From contig NC_092345.1 of NCBI RefSeq assembly GCF_963676685.1, positions 105,276,001 to 105,340,000 on the forward strand: 64,000 nucleotides of DNA, in the 5' to 3' direction. Below the pieces are notes generated by a model. The model worked only from the letters and a program-made list of their open reading frames with translations. It did not search any database and was not told the origin of the DNA. The translations under genes were made by a program, and so were the position numbers. Every line of letters starts with the position of its first letter. The first letter of the stretch is position 1. Origin of the DNA: Mytilus edulis (Eukaryota). Of this stretch, positions 47,101 through 59,496 are shown in pieces.

Positions 47101-50100
47101 ATAGGTTTAACAACTTGTGAGAATGTCGTTATTTAATTTCACTAATAATAAACTCGCCATAGGCTCGTTTATTATTATTGAAATTAAATAACTCGAGTTG
47201 ATATCAATCGATATCTAATTCTCACTCGTTATGAAACCTATAATTATGTAAGTGTTGATTAATATTGAGTTGAAGTTATATTATGATTGATTATTGTGAA
47301 ATTTTAATTTCAATACTGTATTGAATACATTTTTAATTTCAAGTTGTTGTTTAAATTTCATTTTTATTAAATAAAATCCTAAATTGATAAAATTCAGTTA
47401 ATAGATACAAAGAATAGGTCTAGTTTGGTTAAGACTCGGTCGAGTATGGTTGAGACTAGGTCGAGTACGGTTCAGACTAGGTCGAGTACGGTTCAGACTT
47501 GGTCGAGTACAGTTTAGACTCGTATAAAACGGTTAAGTACTGGTCAAGTACACATTCAGACTGTTAAGTATGGTTCAGAATTCAGTCGAGTATTATCAAG
47601 TAAATCTCAGACGAATTCAGACTGGTCGAGTAAACATCAGTACAGTCGAGTACAGATATAGGCCATTTCAGACTTTTCATGGTTTGTAGTGCTTATAACT
47701 TGTATTTTACTCGAACATTGATTTAAAAGGGTTCAGGTTTTAAAAGTATATCTAATTATTGGGTCTTATATTTAGATTATGTAGTACTTTTTAATGATTT
47801 CGAATTCAAATGCAAAATTTAAATTCTAAGAATAATTGTAACAGACCTAGCTTGAACATATTCCGACTTGTTCTTGGTGTCAGACCACCAATTACTCCCT
47901 CAAATTTAGAACGTATGTAAAAGTAGGCCTACTCGGGACAAAAAATAGTGCATTTGATGTCATTGTTTACTTAAACTACCCAACAAATTTGCAGAAATGA
48001 AACTTTTGGTGAAAGAGAAATATATTAAGACCATTTTGAGCCCAAATTTACTTGTCTATGAGTTGAAATTAAAAATTGAGGATTAATGCGCTCCATAGTA
48101 TACTAATTTAAGATTTCAAGAAAACCAGGGGTTATTTTTAGTGGTACATCCATTCGGAAGGTCTCTTCTTTCTTATATGGCTTTAAAGGTATGTCGAAAA
48201 TTGGCATGCAGAAAGGTGATACCTGTACGATTCAGGACATACCTGGTTTGTAAGAGGTTAAACTTAAGATAAAAAATTTAGAAAGCTATGAAAATTGCAA
48301 AATTTGGTTGAACAGGTAGGGACTTTTAATTGGTGGTCTGACACCTCTTGAGATTCAAATTGCTTTAAACTAAAATAATTTGATGTAAAGGATGTTATCA
48401 TATTTAAGACGGAAAATATTGTATAAGTTTGTTAATTCAGAAGACCATTTAATATTATATTCTTCGTTTAATATCTCGGACAGAAACTTCCCAATTAAAT
48501 TATGAAAACAGTTTATATTTTGTAATTTTTTAGGACATTTGGAATCACCTGTGATATGGTAAAGGAAAAAATCAAGACCCAGATCTCTACCTGGTCTACA
48601 GCAGATAACTGTCCAAATGGAGCAGGAGAAAAATGTCTGTATACAGTACGTATTTTGACTTTTCGTTAGTAATAGACAGGTATTTTACTGCAAGGAGTTC
48701 ATATACTTAATAAATTGTAATTTAATCCGTTATGTATGTTTATACATTTTGTTAGTATGTTGGGGTAAACATATATTAATTAGGATGAGGAAACAGTAGT
48801 ATACCACTATTCAAAAGTCATGAACCGATAGAGAGAAAATAAATCCGAGTTATGAACAAAAACCAAGGAAACACATAAACTGTAACTGTATAAACCTCTT
48901 TAGCTCTGGTATATTTACTGTTTGTTTTATGTAACAATTGTACTAAAATGAAACAAAATGGGTCGATGCGCTCACAAACTGAAAAAAGAATGTATTATAT
49001 GTAGAGTTTGTGAATCAGCGGCTCAATTATTTTATGGACTTCACCTTTTTTAATTTGCTTTGAAGTTCAGTTTTGTTTTTGGTATTCTTATTCTATAGAA
49101 TATGTGTTTAATTCATATATCTTGAAACACGCATTAATTACCTTTTTTCGACGCTGACTGTCGGTAATAATATCGAATCGGTCGCCATAGATCTAATGAT
49201 GCTTGACTAATCTGTACTATTCAGGAATATTACAGTTGTTATTCATTCGGTCGATGTGTATGAGTTTTGATTTTGCCATTTGATTTGGGTCTCTCCTTTT
49301 TTCAATTTTCCTCGGAGTTCGGTATTTTTTGGTATTTTACATTTTGTTTGTAACGACGTGGATGCTATCACAGTCACTGTTCTTTTCTCTAATTTAACGA
49401 AAATGTAATTTCTGATGTTTTAACATTCGTTTGTAAGTAAAGCAAGTGCAAACCATATCAATGCAAAAACGTTCAAAGAAATATAATTCAAAAGTACAAA
49501 AACAAAAGTCTAAACAGAACAGACAGTAACGTCAACTCATTGGACTATCATATAATACGTTTTTCAAGTTTTATTTTCGGCATTTTGTTCATATTGGCAA
49601 AACCTCGTTGACCATACATGGTTAAGACATATTCCATATATAATAATATTAATTAACTCATCAAAGATACCAGGCTTATTATGTTTTACGCCAGACGCGC
49701 GTGTCGTCTACAAAACGACTCAAAAGTGACATTCGAATCATTACAGTTATAGAATTTATAGATTTAAATCGTTATGTTCATATGAAATGTTATACCTTCA
49801 CAAAAATACTTGCATATTTTTAAATGTTATAAACTCGTTTGATTTTGGTTTAAATAGAAACATGTTTAATCGGTAGTTTCTACAAATGAAGATGCCTGTA
49901 ACAATTCAGGAATATGACAGTTACTTGTTAACCATTCGTTGGTGTGTTTGAGCTTTTAATTTTGCAATTTATTTTTTTATGGTTTTTCCGTTTTGCAATT
50001 TTTTTTGTTATCTTACTTTTTGATATTTTAGTTTGTTGGTGAAACAAGTACAACAATTACAGCAAAACACTCGACACCAGTGAAGCATTACCTTGATGAT

Positions 50101-52781
50101 TTGACCTTCACATTGACAGCAAGTAACAGTATGTGCAATGTCAAGGTAAGTCCAAGAGACACACAATTGAAATAGTTCAATAAACTCATCTTAGATACCA
50201 CGACTAAATTTTGTATATACGCAAGACGCGCGTTTCGTCTACAAAAGACTCATCAGTGACGCTCGAATCCAAAAAAGTTGAAAAAAAAGCCAAATAAAGA
50301 ACAAAGTTGAAGAGCATTAAGATCCAAAATTCCTAAAAGGGTTGCCAAATACAGCTAAGGTAAATAAAGGCAACAGTAGTATACCGCTGTTCAAAACTCA
50401 TAAATCCATGGACAAAAAACAAAATCGGGGTAACAAACTAAAACCGAGGGAAACGCATTAAATATAAGAGGAGAACAACGACACAAGGTAATCTATGCCT
50501 GAGGTAGAAAAGCCTTATGATTTCAAAAAATTCAAAATTTTGTAAACAGTTAATACATTCCTTCACATTTTTTTATGGATTGTCAATGATCATATGAAGA
50601 CATTGATTTGATTAACCTTCATAATCTAAGAAATTATATGCAAGGTGTATAAAAGGAGAGCATGTCATAGGACAAAAATATGCAAAACTTTACGAAATGT
50701 CAGAGAAAAAGTCAGAACTAAGTTACATATTTTTACTAGGATGCCATTTTGAACAAAAAGTAAGCATTTACAGTCAGTTTTGTTCGTTTTTTTTTAAATA
50801 AGGATAAAAACTTCGCTTATACACTTTTGGTCGTGGAAGACACGAATTTTCATCAGAATGTATGCGCCTTATATGATATGACCAATTGGAGATCGATTGC
50901 GCATGTGATATACATGTTCAAATGGTAAAAAGTATGTCAGATGTAAAGGTGAGACAAGAAAATGCACCAGGGGGCGATTTTTTGGGGTAAAGGCTCGTCA
51001 CAACGTCATAAAGGTGAGACAAGAAAATGCACCAGGGGGCGATTTTTTGGGGTAAAGGCTCGTCACAAAGTCATGCTTATACACATAAAAAGATGCTTTT
51101 CATAATCTTTTCATTGTGTTAAATTAAAAAAATTCTTACTGTACTAGTATATATTATCAGATAGATGTCCATTATCACTGTACTAGTATACATTATCAGA
51201 TAGATGTCCATTATCACTGTACTAGAATACATATTTTTTAAGGGGCCAGCTGAAGGACGCCTACGGGTGCGGGAGTTTCTCGCTACATTGAAGACTTATT
51301 GGTGGCCTTCAGCTGTTGTCTGCTCTATGGTCGGGTTGTTGTCGCTTTGACACATTCCAATTTCCTTTCTCAATTTTATTAGAATACTATTGCATGTAAA
51401 TATCTTATATAAATTATATTTTTGCATTTTTTTTATATCTAGATCAAATACCCATCGTAAATCTCAGCCTTGTCGATGGTTGATTGAATAGTCTCCAGAC
51501 CTAAAAGAAATAAAAGGGCATATAAACTCATAAATCAAAAATAAACTGTTAACACCATGTAAAATCATAAAAAGAACAAAAACAAACAATCATGAAATAT
51601 TGTTACTTTATGACGATTTCAATCTTTGTTTGTTGTTTCTAAGATTTGTTTAGTAATTCTGATATCTATTTTATAACGTTATTAGTCAAATTTGAGACTT
51701 GTAGTCAATTTTATGGGCATGGATTGCCAGGTAATTGTGAATTATATCGGTATATCTATGTATGAACATAAACATATGCATACCTGAAGTCGCTTACTAG
51801 TATAAGGTTTCGATTCTATCGTCCCAAGGTATCTCTTTTTGTAAATAATGTTGTTTACTTACATCTATCTAATAATTTATACTGTTTAAATTGTAGGGTT
51901 ACTCCACATCAGAAACATGGTATGCTCACCTTGACTATAGCACAAACTATTGTAACCTCAACAACCTGATCACAGGTATGCAATATCTTAATGTAAAATA
52001 ATATGGACACCAATACTAAAATTCAATTAAGTATACACATGTATTAAAAGCATAGCAAAAATACCAAACTCCTATTGAATTTCGAAAAATGAAAGTCCAA
52101 AAAATCTAATTAAATTAAAAGACATTATCAAGGAAGGACGAAAGATACCAAAGGAACAGTCAAACTCATAAATCGAAAATAAACTGACAACGCTTGCTAA
52201 AAATGAAAAAGACAAACAGACAAACAATAGTACACATGACACAACATAGAATAAACTGTTAACACCATGTCAAAACATAAAAAGAACAAAAAACAAACAA
52301 TCATAATATCAATTTACAGAACAAGTGAAAAAATGTCATATTCCTGACTTGGTATATCCTTTTCCTGAAGGATATTGTGGGTTAAACCTGGTCTTATAAC
52401 TAGCTATAAAAGAACCGTCTTGTATGACATTTGTCAGAAACGGCAGAAAAACCTTGCCATGTTAATGAAAGTATTTTTAATTGTATGGAATCTGTTCATG
52501 CAATTTAAATAGCCGTAAAGAGTAGAAAGGAAATGTCAGTATTAGCGCCTTATTTGTATCCAATATGTTAAAAGGAAAAACAATATACTAACGTTTTATG
52601 CAATTAAAAATTTAAATATTTAAACAGGCCTAAATATATTCTCAGGGGGTTATGCTATCAAAAAATGATTTGGTTTATTTTTATTTAAGGATCCGGACTG
52701 GACAAGGTTAACGGATACACCGAGGTTACCAGTGATAGTGTGTGCACACAATATTCCAGCAAAAATTGCGAAAAATATTAA
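44165..52781 (+). CDS. Uncharacterised secreted 8-Cys family protein (DUF1499-like motif), paralog B, 161 aa, 5 exons
   Basis: Exons 44165-44253, 48534-48645, 50032-50145, 51897-51975, 52690-52781. Same sizes and phases as paralog A; 16 of 161 residues differ by hand count. The last acceptor is AAG. Confidence 0.92.
46303..47101. mobile_element. Nested unclassified element with split inverted repeats
   Basis: ttctcttatggttggggcctgtta (46303) pairs with taacaggccccaaccataagagaa (about 46988-47011); ccataagagaaata recurs at about 47090. Confidence 0.6.
47102..47240. repeat. Hairpin MITE
   Basis: taggttt...gtgagaat..gttatttaatttcactaataataaac / gtttattattattgaaattaaataac..attctcac...aaaccta. 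Confidence 0.7.
47876..48345. mobile_element. 470-bp MITE, 19-bp TIR, 4-bp TSD TCTT
   Basis: ggtgtcagaccaccaatta / taattggtggtctgacacc; tctt on both flanks; empty site acttgttcttgagattc at about 40488-40504. Confidence 0.9.
50219..50262 (-). ncRNA. Minimal hammerhead ribozyme copy, core intact, one stem I mismatch
   Basis: acgcaagacgcgcgtttcgtctacaaaagactcatcagtgacgc, within a repeat at about 50180-50550 that is interrupted at about 50362-50485 by a fragment of another family. Confidence 0.7.
50944..51075. repeat. 65-bp direct tandem duplication (followed by a 41-bp one at about 51138-51230)
   Basis: taaaggtgagacaagaaaatgcaccagggggcgattttttggggtaaaggctcgtcacaa x2. Confidence 0.85.
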
Positions 52782-55312
52782 ATTATTTAGTAAAATTAGT
52801 ACAGTTAATGTAATTTTATAAATAAGAAGATGTGGCATGAGTGCCAATGAGACAACACTCCATTCAATTCACAAGGTAAAAACGGAAACAATTTTATGTC
52901 AAATCATGGCCTTCAGCATGGAGCCTTAGCTCGCACAGAACAGTAAGCCCCAAAACGACTAGTATTAAACAATTCAAACAGGAAAACTAGCAGTCTAATC
53001 TATATAAAAAACGAGATACAAGATATAAAGGCAACGGTAGTATATCGAAGTTCAACTATAGGAGGAAAACAAGTGTAACAAAAGAACACCCCGCTTTTTA
53101 AAAATATCTAAAAACGAACTATTTAAAAACTTATGAATCGCGCTAACAAACGACAACCACGGAAAAACAGGCTTCTGACAGATCACAATAAAATGTCAAT
53201 ATAAAAACTTCCGTATTGTTTCAATGTGTAGTCTTGAGTAATTGAGGAAATGGCGGGAACAGTAGTTTGCCGATGTTTGGATCTGATCATTCGATTAGGA
53301 AGAAACAAACAAAGAAAAAAAATTAAACATGAAGAAAGTCTGACCCCAGAAGGAGCAAGATCGGGTGCTTCGAGATTATAAGCGTCTCTTACTGTGCAAA
53401 CCTTACCCAACATGCGAATCTATTCAGTCACACTGTCACATTCGGTAACAGAAAACAATCCGTTAAAGAACAAGTTATATGACTTATCTTGTCAATAAAG
53501 ATCTTAGACCGCAAAAAAAAAGTATCTTGAGGAATTTACACACAGACACATCGTATCAGTCAACCAATTCATGATCGTTACCGTAAAACTTAGTTGGTAT
53601 TGATTTCAATCTTTCTTCCTAAACATAGATTAAAGCAAACGTTAAAATAAAATAACTTCGAAAGGATAACAAAATCATTTGAAGTAAACTGATATACTCT
53701 TCCCGAGTGAGTTTAGTTTCGACATAACTTATAAATTCTTAAAGGGACGCTTTTAGAAAGGTGTTATAATTCATATGAAACCTAAATACTGATTACTTAG
53801 CTGAAAATACCATCGGGGATTGATAATAAAACATAGTATTGAAGGGCAATAAAAAGGCGAAGGATACTAAAGGGACAATCAAAACTCGAAGAAAAACCCC
53901 AAATGACATAGCAAAAAATGAAAAAGGCGAAAAGACAAGCAGCAATCTAAAATGCAAAACAAAGAAAACTATATGCTGAACAGCACAAACCGGAATTGAA
54001 AATTTCTTAAAGTATCGCGAAAGTTAAGTAGATCCTGCTCGCCTAATGACACCGGTCAGTGTGTTTACAAACATTATATTGTTGGGGCTGCCAAATGCTC
54101 GTGAAAACATCTTACAAAATTACTAACATCTTTTTGATCACCGATCAATAGCGACAACATAGAAGTATTGGTTTGCTAGATAACGTCGTGTTATGGTACA
54201 TGCCGGGTAACTCAGATGTCATCTTCATTTCGAACTTTATACAGGGAAACGTTTGATTCTGGGGATAATACCAAAATCAGATAGTAAAAATATTGAAAGA
54301 TTACTTGGAATATGATGTACATGTACATACAATATTTGTGAAGATGTCAATGGTGATATCTAAAATCCAAGGTCCAATAAAAACAGTCAACTGGTTATAC
54401 ACTTAAATGATAATACGAAAGCAATGGCAAGTGAATATTTCGGACACTTTTTTCAATTATTGAATTGGTCTTCCAACAGTTGTTTATTTGTGATCCACGT
54501 ATGAGTCTCAAGTAGGTTACATGTTTGTCTGGCGTATTAAAATTTGGGCGGAAGACACCAAGGAAACATTGAAAACTCACAAAATCCACAATACATAAAT
54601 GTTAAACCTGGTATCTTTAATGACATTTTTGTAGACCGATATTATTTAATGAAATTTTACGTGCGTTTATAAAATGTTAAACGATAATGTTGTTGATAAC
54701 ATTTCAATTTACTCCAAACAAAAATTATATAAGTCAAACTTTAACCGGTGTGGCTATTTGTAAATAAGATGTTTACCTTGCAAAATCTTGTTAGGTACCA
54801 TAATATATGTTATAGCAAAACTTTGTTTGTTCTCTGTCGGGAAGGTTTGAAAAAATTGTATGGGTCCAACCGAACACTATTTATCGCCTGTGATGGCGAT
54901 TGTCGGATTAAAAGTATAATGTTGATCTAAAATACAGAATTTTTAAAAAAAAGTTCAAGCTTTTTCTATATAAATGATATTTTATGATCTTGAAGAATAA
55001 CTTCAGTCCAAGTTGCACAAAAAGAATGTCACATGATCGACAAAACGAGTACTTTTGTATCCATTTAGGCTATATATATATATACAAGTAGTTTAAATTC
55101 GCCTTTAAATGGCTGACTGGCTATAGTCGTGTGGTTACATCGTATAAACAAAATAAAATAACTAAAAACAAGGGTTTATCCCTGATAAAAAAAATCATAT
55201 AATACATTAAATTATCAGGCCATTAACCTGATTGTACCACGGACGCAATTCAGTTTTTATTTTTCAAGTGAAGAGTGTGTAGATCATACACTTAAATCTA
55301 ATAAATAAGTTA

Positions 55313-55599
55313 TAAGGCAGCAACCATTTGATTTTCTGGGGGGGGGGGGGGGGGGCTATGGTTTTTTTTTCTGGACAAATTTTTTTTTTTCGCCTGCGGC
55401 GAAAAACAATCCATTTTTTTCGCGACAAGTCGAAAACAATTTTTTTCTTTCAATTTTAGCATTACATATAGTGGCAGCTGAGGGTGAAACAAACAATTTT
55501 TTTTTCTCAGAATAAAAAACAAATTATTTTTTTCTCCAAAAACTGGAAACAAACTTTTTTTTCCAAAAAAAACCATAGCCCCCCCCCCCCCCCCCCCCC
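55313..55599. mobile_element. Poly-G/poly-C foldback-type repeat
   Basis: taaggcagcaaccatttgattttct(G)nctatggtttttttt ... aaaaaaaaccatag(C)n. Confidence 0.65.
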
Positions 55600-56479
55600 A
55601 TCTTTTTTCTTCTTTGGGTTAAATTGAAACATAAAAAAGCCCAATATATATGTATATAATTTGACAGAAGACTAAGTTTAGTTACTTTTTACAAGTCAAT
55701 ATAGTCAGTCTATTTTTAAATAGATCAATATCATGGAAAGGTATTTCTATCAGAGTTCAAGTCATAAATATGTGGTCAGGTTAATACTTCGTTCAATTTG
55801 AATAGACTTATATGGTTAGAGTAGGATGACCTAAGACACTGTTTACCATTGACGTAATCCAGTCTTTACGGTTTCTTTTATTCTATTTCATTGACAATTC
55901 ATACATTGTCAATTAAAGTTAGGAGTTCTTTTGTCTATAAAGCGTTTATTTCTTGGTGTTGGATTTGCCTTTATTTTTTTTTTTTTCTATTTTTCTCGAA
56001 AAAGCAATCTACATAACCTTTAAAAGCAAAAATAATAATTAAAAAAGCAAATGAAAATCCGGAAATATATGCCAAATAGAGACAGAAGAATTCGGTTAAA
56101 GATATGGGCTGATACCATGTCTGACTATTTAACCGAAACTCCAGTGTTGCGTTCACTTTTTGTAAGATATCTTATAATTATTTTGATAATAATTTTCCCA
56201 TAAAACATGTCCATTTGTAGGCCCAAGTATTTTACACAATTTTGAGCTGGAATAATATGTATAAAATTTGTCAACATATGCAAGTTCAGTGAATTTTTAA
56301 CAAAGCAAAATATAATTAGTTTCGTCCGGTATTGCAAAAGCGTTCAACACCACAGTTATACTAGAAAGTAAAAGCACTAGAACAACATCCATATGACCAT
56401 AGCACACAGGTTCTGTGAAGTTTTACGTTCTTACCTAGGAGTATATTCCCGTATTCGGAATACATAAGATAATTGAACA

Positions 56480-57300
56480 ACACTGATAATAAAGAATACA
56501 ATTGAAGAGGATCATTGTACAAAAGGAAAAGCAAACTGACATATTTGCAAAGTAACTTTTACGACCCATTAGCAACCCCAGCAACAGATGAACAATTTGA
56601 TACAAATTATATGGAGAGAGGAATGCGAATTTAGATACAATTTGATGAAATCAAGTGTACATTTATCTACCTTCAATGAAAATAACATCTCACAATTTAC
56701 AGATGAAGAAATATTTTAGAATAAGCATTACTAGAAAAATGCCTGACCTGAATGTTAATCAAACAGAACTCCAATTCGAGATTACAAAGGGTCTCTCGTC
56801 ATTCATGGCTTCTCTTATTGTTTCTGAAGGCATATTACATGCAAAACAACAAAAGAAAAACTTATGTCTAGCAACCCTTGGCGGTCAAAAGGCCTTTGAT
56901 TTGGTACATCGTATGATTTTACTAGAAAAAGTAGTTTATGAAATACCAGCAGATGTCAGGAAAGGTATTCAAACTCTGCGTTGTGATATGTCAACAGAAT
57001 TAAAATAGAGTAATCACTCGGCATCAGTAAAAAAACAACCTTGAGAAAGACCATGAGGTGTCCTATCTACTCATTTGTATAATTTCTATATTAATGATAT
57101 TAATGACTTGCCAATAGAGGTAGACAAAGGAGCACTATGACTAACAATAGGACTAGAATAATGTGGCAGTCCATGATGTGCATATACTATTGAACTGATG
57201 TGAAAAGACGAAACAGAGATTGAAACAATGCTAAGCCTTGATTTATGGAACACTGTTATAATGTTTACCAACTCTTATCAAGACGGAAAGGATCAAGTCA
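56480..57300 (+). mobile_element. Highly degenerate non-LTR RT fragment
   Basis: LATLGGQKAFDLVHRMILLEK (decayed LD..KAFD.V.H), followed by GVLSTHLYNFYINDI; multiple stops. Confidence 0.6.
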
Positions 57301-57439
57301 AAGTGTCAATCAGAAAACATCAGACTATGAAATGAAGGGAAAAAACTGACAACCAAGCGACACATTTTATTAAGGAATTATTTACAAGCAGCAAAAAACG
57401 AATCACAAAAAAAAACCCAAGAACATGTAAAGCACAAAG

Positions 57440-58230
57440 GTGTCGGTATTCACCTCAAAAACTAATAAAACCTTTGAATAGACTTTAAAAATCAAGAAGG
57501 GATATAGTTACGATACTGTTGTCAGGTCATTAAAGATTGCATATTTTGGCGTTAATATTGATTCACTTATAGGGTCTTTGCATCGGAACTTAACACATTT
57601 ATTAAAAAACCAGTTATTGGCATGACACGGCTTATGTTCTTCTCATATATGTTATGATGGTATGATACTAAACCCCTAACGGGAAGGTTTGTGCCTGATG
57701 TTCATATGATGAAATCATAATCTTTCAGTCAGTTTAATTGAAGTCTGGAGCTGGCATGTCAGTTAACTGCTAGTAGTCTGTTGTTATTTATGTATTATTG
57801 TCATTTTGTTTATTTTCTTTGGTTACATCTTCTGACATCATACTCGGACTTCTCTTGAACTGAATTTTAATGTGCGTATTGTTATGCGTTTACTTTTCTA
57901 CATTGGCTAGAGGTATAGGGGGAGGGTTGAGATCTCACAAACATGTTTACCCCCGCCGCATTTTTGCGCCTGTCCCAAGTCAGGAGCCTCTGGCCTTTGT
58001 TAGTCTTGTATTATTTTAATTTTAGTTTCTTGTATACAATTTGGAAATTAGTATGGCGTTCATTATCACTGAACTAGTATATATTTGTTTAGGGGTCAGC
58101 TGAAGGACGCCTCCGGGTGCGGGAATTCTCGCTACATTGAAGACCTGTTGGTGACCTTCTGCTGTTGTTTTTTTTTCTATGGTCGGGTTGTTGTCTCTTT
58201 GGCACATTCCCCATTTCCATTTTCAATTTT
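57440..58230 (+). mobile_element. Longest copy of the retroposon family with the ...cattccccatttccattttcaatttt 3' end
   Basis: Collinear with 42335-42890 and with the reverse complements of 13059-13435 and 42895-43215. Confidence 0.8.
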
Positions 58231-58429
58231 AAGTATTGCAAGAAAGACTCAGATTCTTTATTTTCAGTGGAACTAAATGGAAAAGGAGGCCTTAACGCAA
58301 AAAAAACCCAAACCCCTGGGAATATTACCTCTGGATGTTACGTTAATAGGACAAGTAAGACAATTCCACATTAAAACTTTTAGATACCTTCGACCCTCCC
58401 AATGCTTACTTCAAGATCTGTTGTATTAT

Positions 58430-58573
58430 ACACCTATTGACTGGGTGTGAGGGTAATAGCAAGTTTGTTGTCCCTGAGGTACCAACTATTGCTCGAGGCA
58501 AAGCCGAGAGCAATAGTTGGTATGCGAAGGGACAACAAACTTGCTATTACCCGCACAACCAGTCATTAGGTGT
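58430..58573. repeat. About 145-bp hairpin with gaggcaaagccga apex
   Basis: acacctattgactgg..gggtaatagcaagtttgttgtccct..taccaactattgctc / gagcaatagttggta..agggacaacaaacttgctattaccc..ccagtcattaggtgt. Confidence 0.85.
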
Positions 58574-59452
58574 TTTATTATACTGAACAACACAGCCGTT
58601 AAGTGTTTTTATATACCAAATAACTAATTTTCTAAAAGTGTATAATTATACCTTATCTGAAAGAAAGAAAAAATGTGACATAACTTTACATGCACAGGAT
58701 GAACTTTACTTTTTTTTATAATTCGTTTTGTATTTATAAATATTTCATTAATTTCAATCAAGACTACAAATACTTGTGTTAAACTTTCCGTGCTTATTAT
58801 AAATCCTAGTTAAAGTACACCAAACGCAAATTCACTTTTAATATACGGAGAGCGAACCCATATTATGAATAAGGTACTATATTTTAGATCTTTTAAAAAA
58901 TTTCCATGAAGATTTTCTTTCTCTTTTATAATTGCTTCTTGTAAGTGAAATTACAATCAAAACAAACAGATTCCACCGTTTACAATATAAGAGTGAGTTT
59001 GACGTTGCAAAGCATACGTAACCAAGCAGAGTAGTCAATGACATCATTATCGTCCAATGAAAAATAAGCATGGAAAAGTACGGGAAAGATGATTATGAAA
59101 CTATTAACCGGGGCAATAGTCTTTGAAACTATTAACTGGCAAATTGTCTTTAGAATGAAATAGCACAACTATTTCATTTATTTTATATAGGAAAAAAACT
59201 CTTGAAGTATAATAAATATGCTTATTGGCGCCACACCAATTTAGGCAGAACTCCTTTAAGGACAACTGGGCAACAGAAAATATAACATGTTTCGTGTATA
59301 AACTTGCAGAAGTTAGTTTTTTTTACAATTTGATAATCATAATAATGTTCGGTTTTGAATTACTTTTGAATTTTATAATTTACTGCTATTCACATGGTAT
59401 TAATCAAATTAAATAAACTCATCATAGATACCAGGATTGAAATTTTATATTT

Positions 59453-59496
59453 ACGCCAGACGCGCGTTTCGTCTACAAAAGACTCATCAGTGACGC
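59453..59496 (-). ncRNA. Minimal type I hammerhead ribozyme, intact core
   Basis: Reverse complement reads GCGUCA CUGAUGA GUCU uuugu AGAC GAA ACGCGCGU C UGGCGU. It lies in a repeat copy at about 59415-59560. Confidence 0.85.

Larger units (their letters stand above)
45145..47691. mobile_element. Non-autonomous CACTA/EnSpm (CMC)-type transposon, 3-bp TSD CTT
   Basis: Termini CACTACAAACCAT... / ...ATGGTTTGTAGTG. The TIR is near-perfect for about 55 bp and continues as subterminal ctcgaccagtctgaa repeats. ctt lies at 45142-45144 and 47692-47694; the empty site is at about 40311-40323. Confidence 0.88.

Noticed and set aside
58860-58946. Possible non-coding first exon of the UBA gene (gtaagt at 58941)
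   Set aside because: Plausible but unsupported without transcript data.
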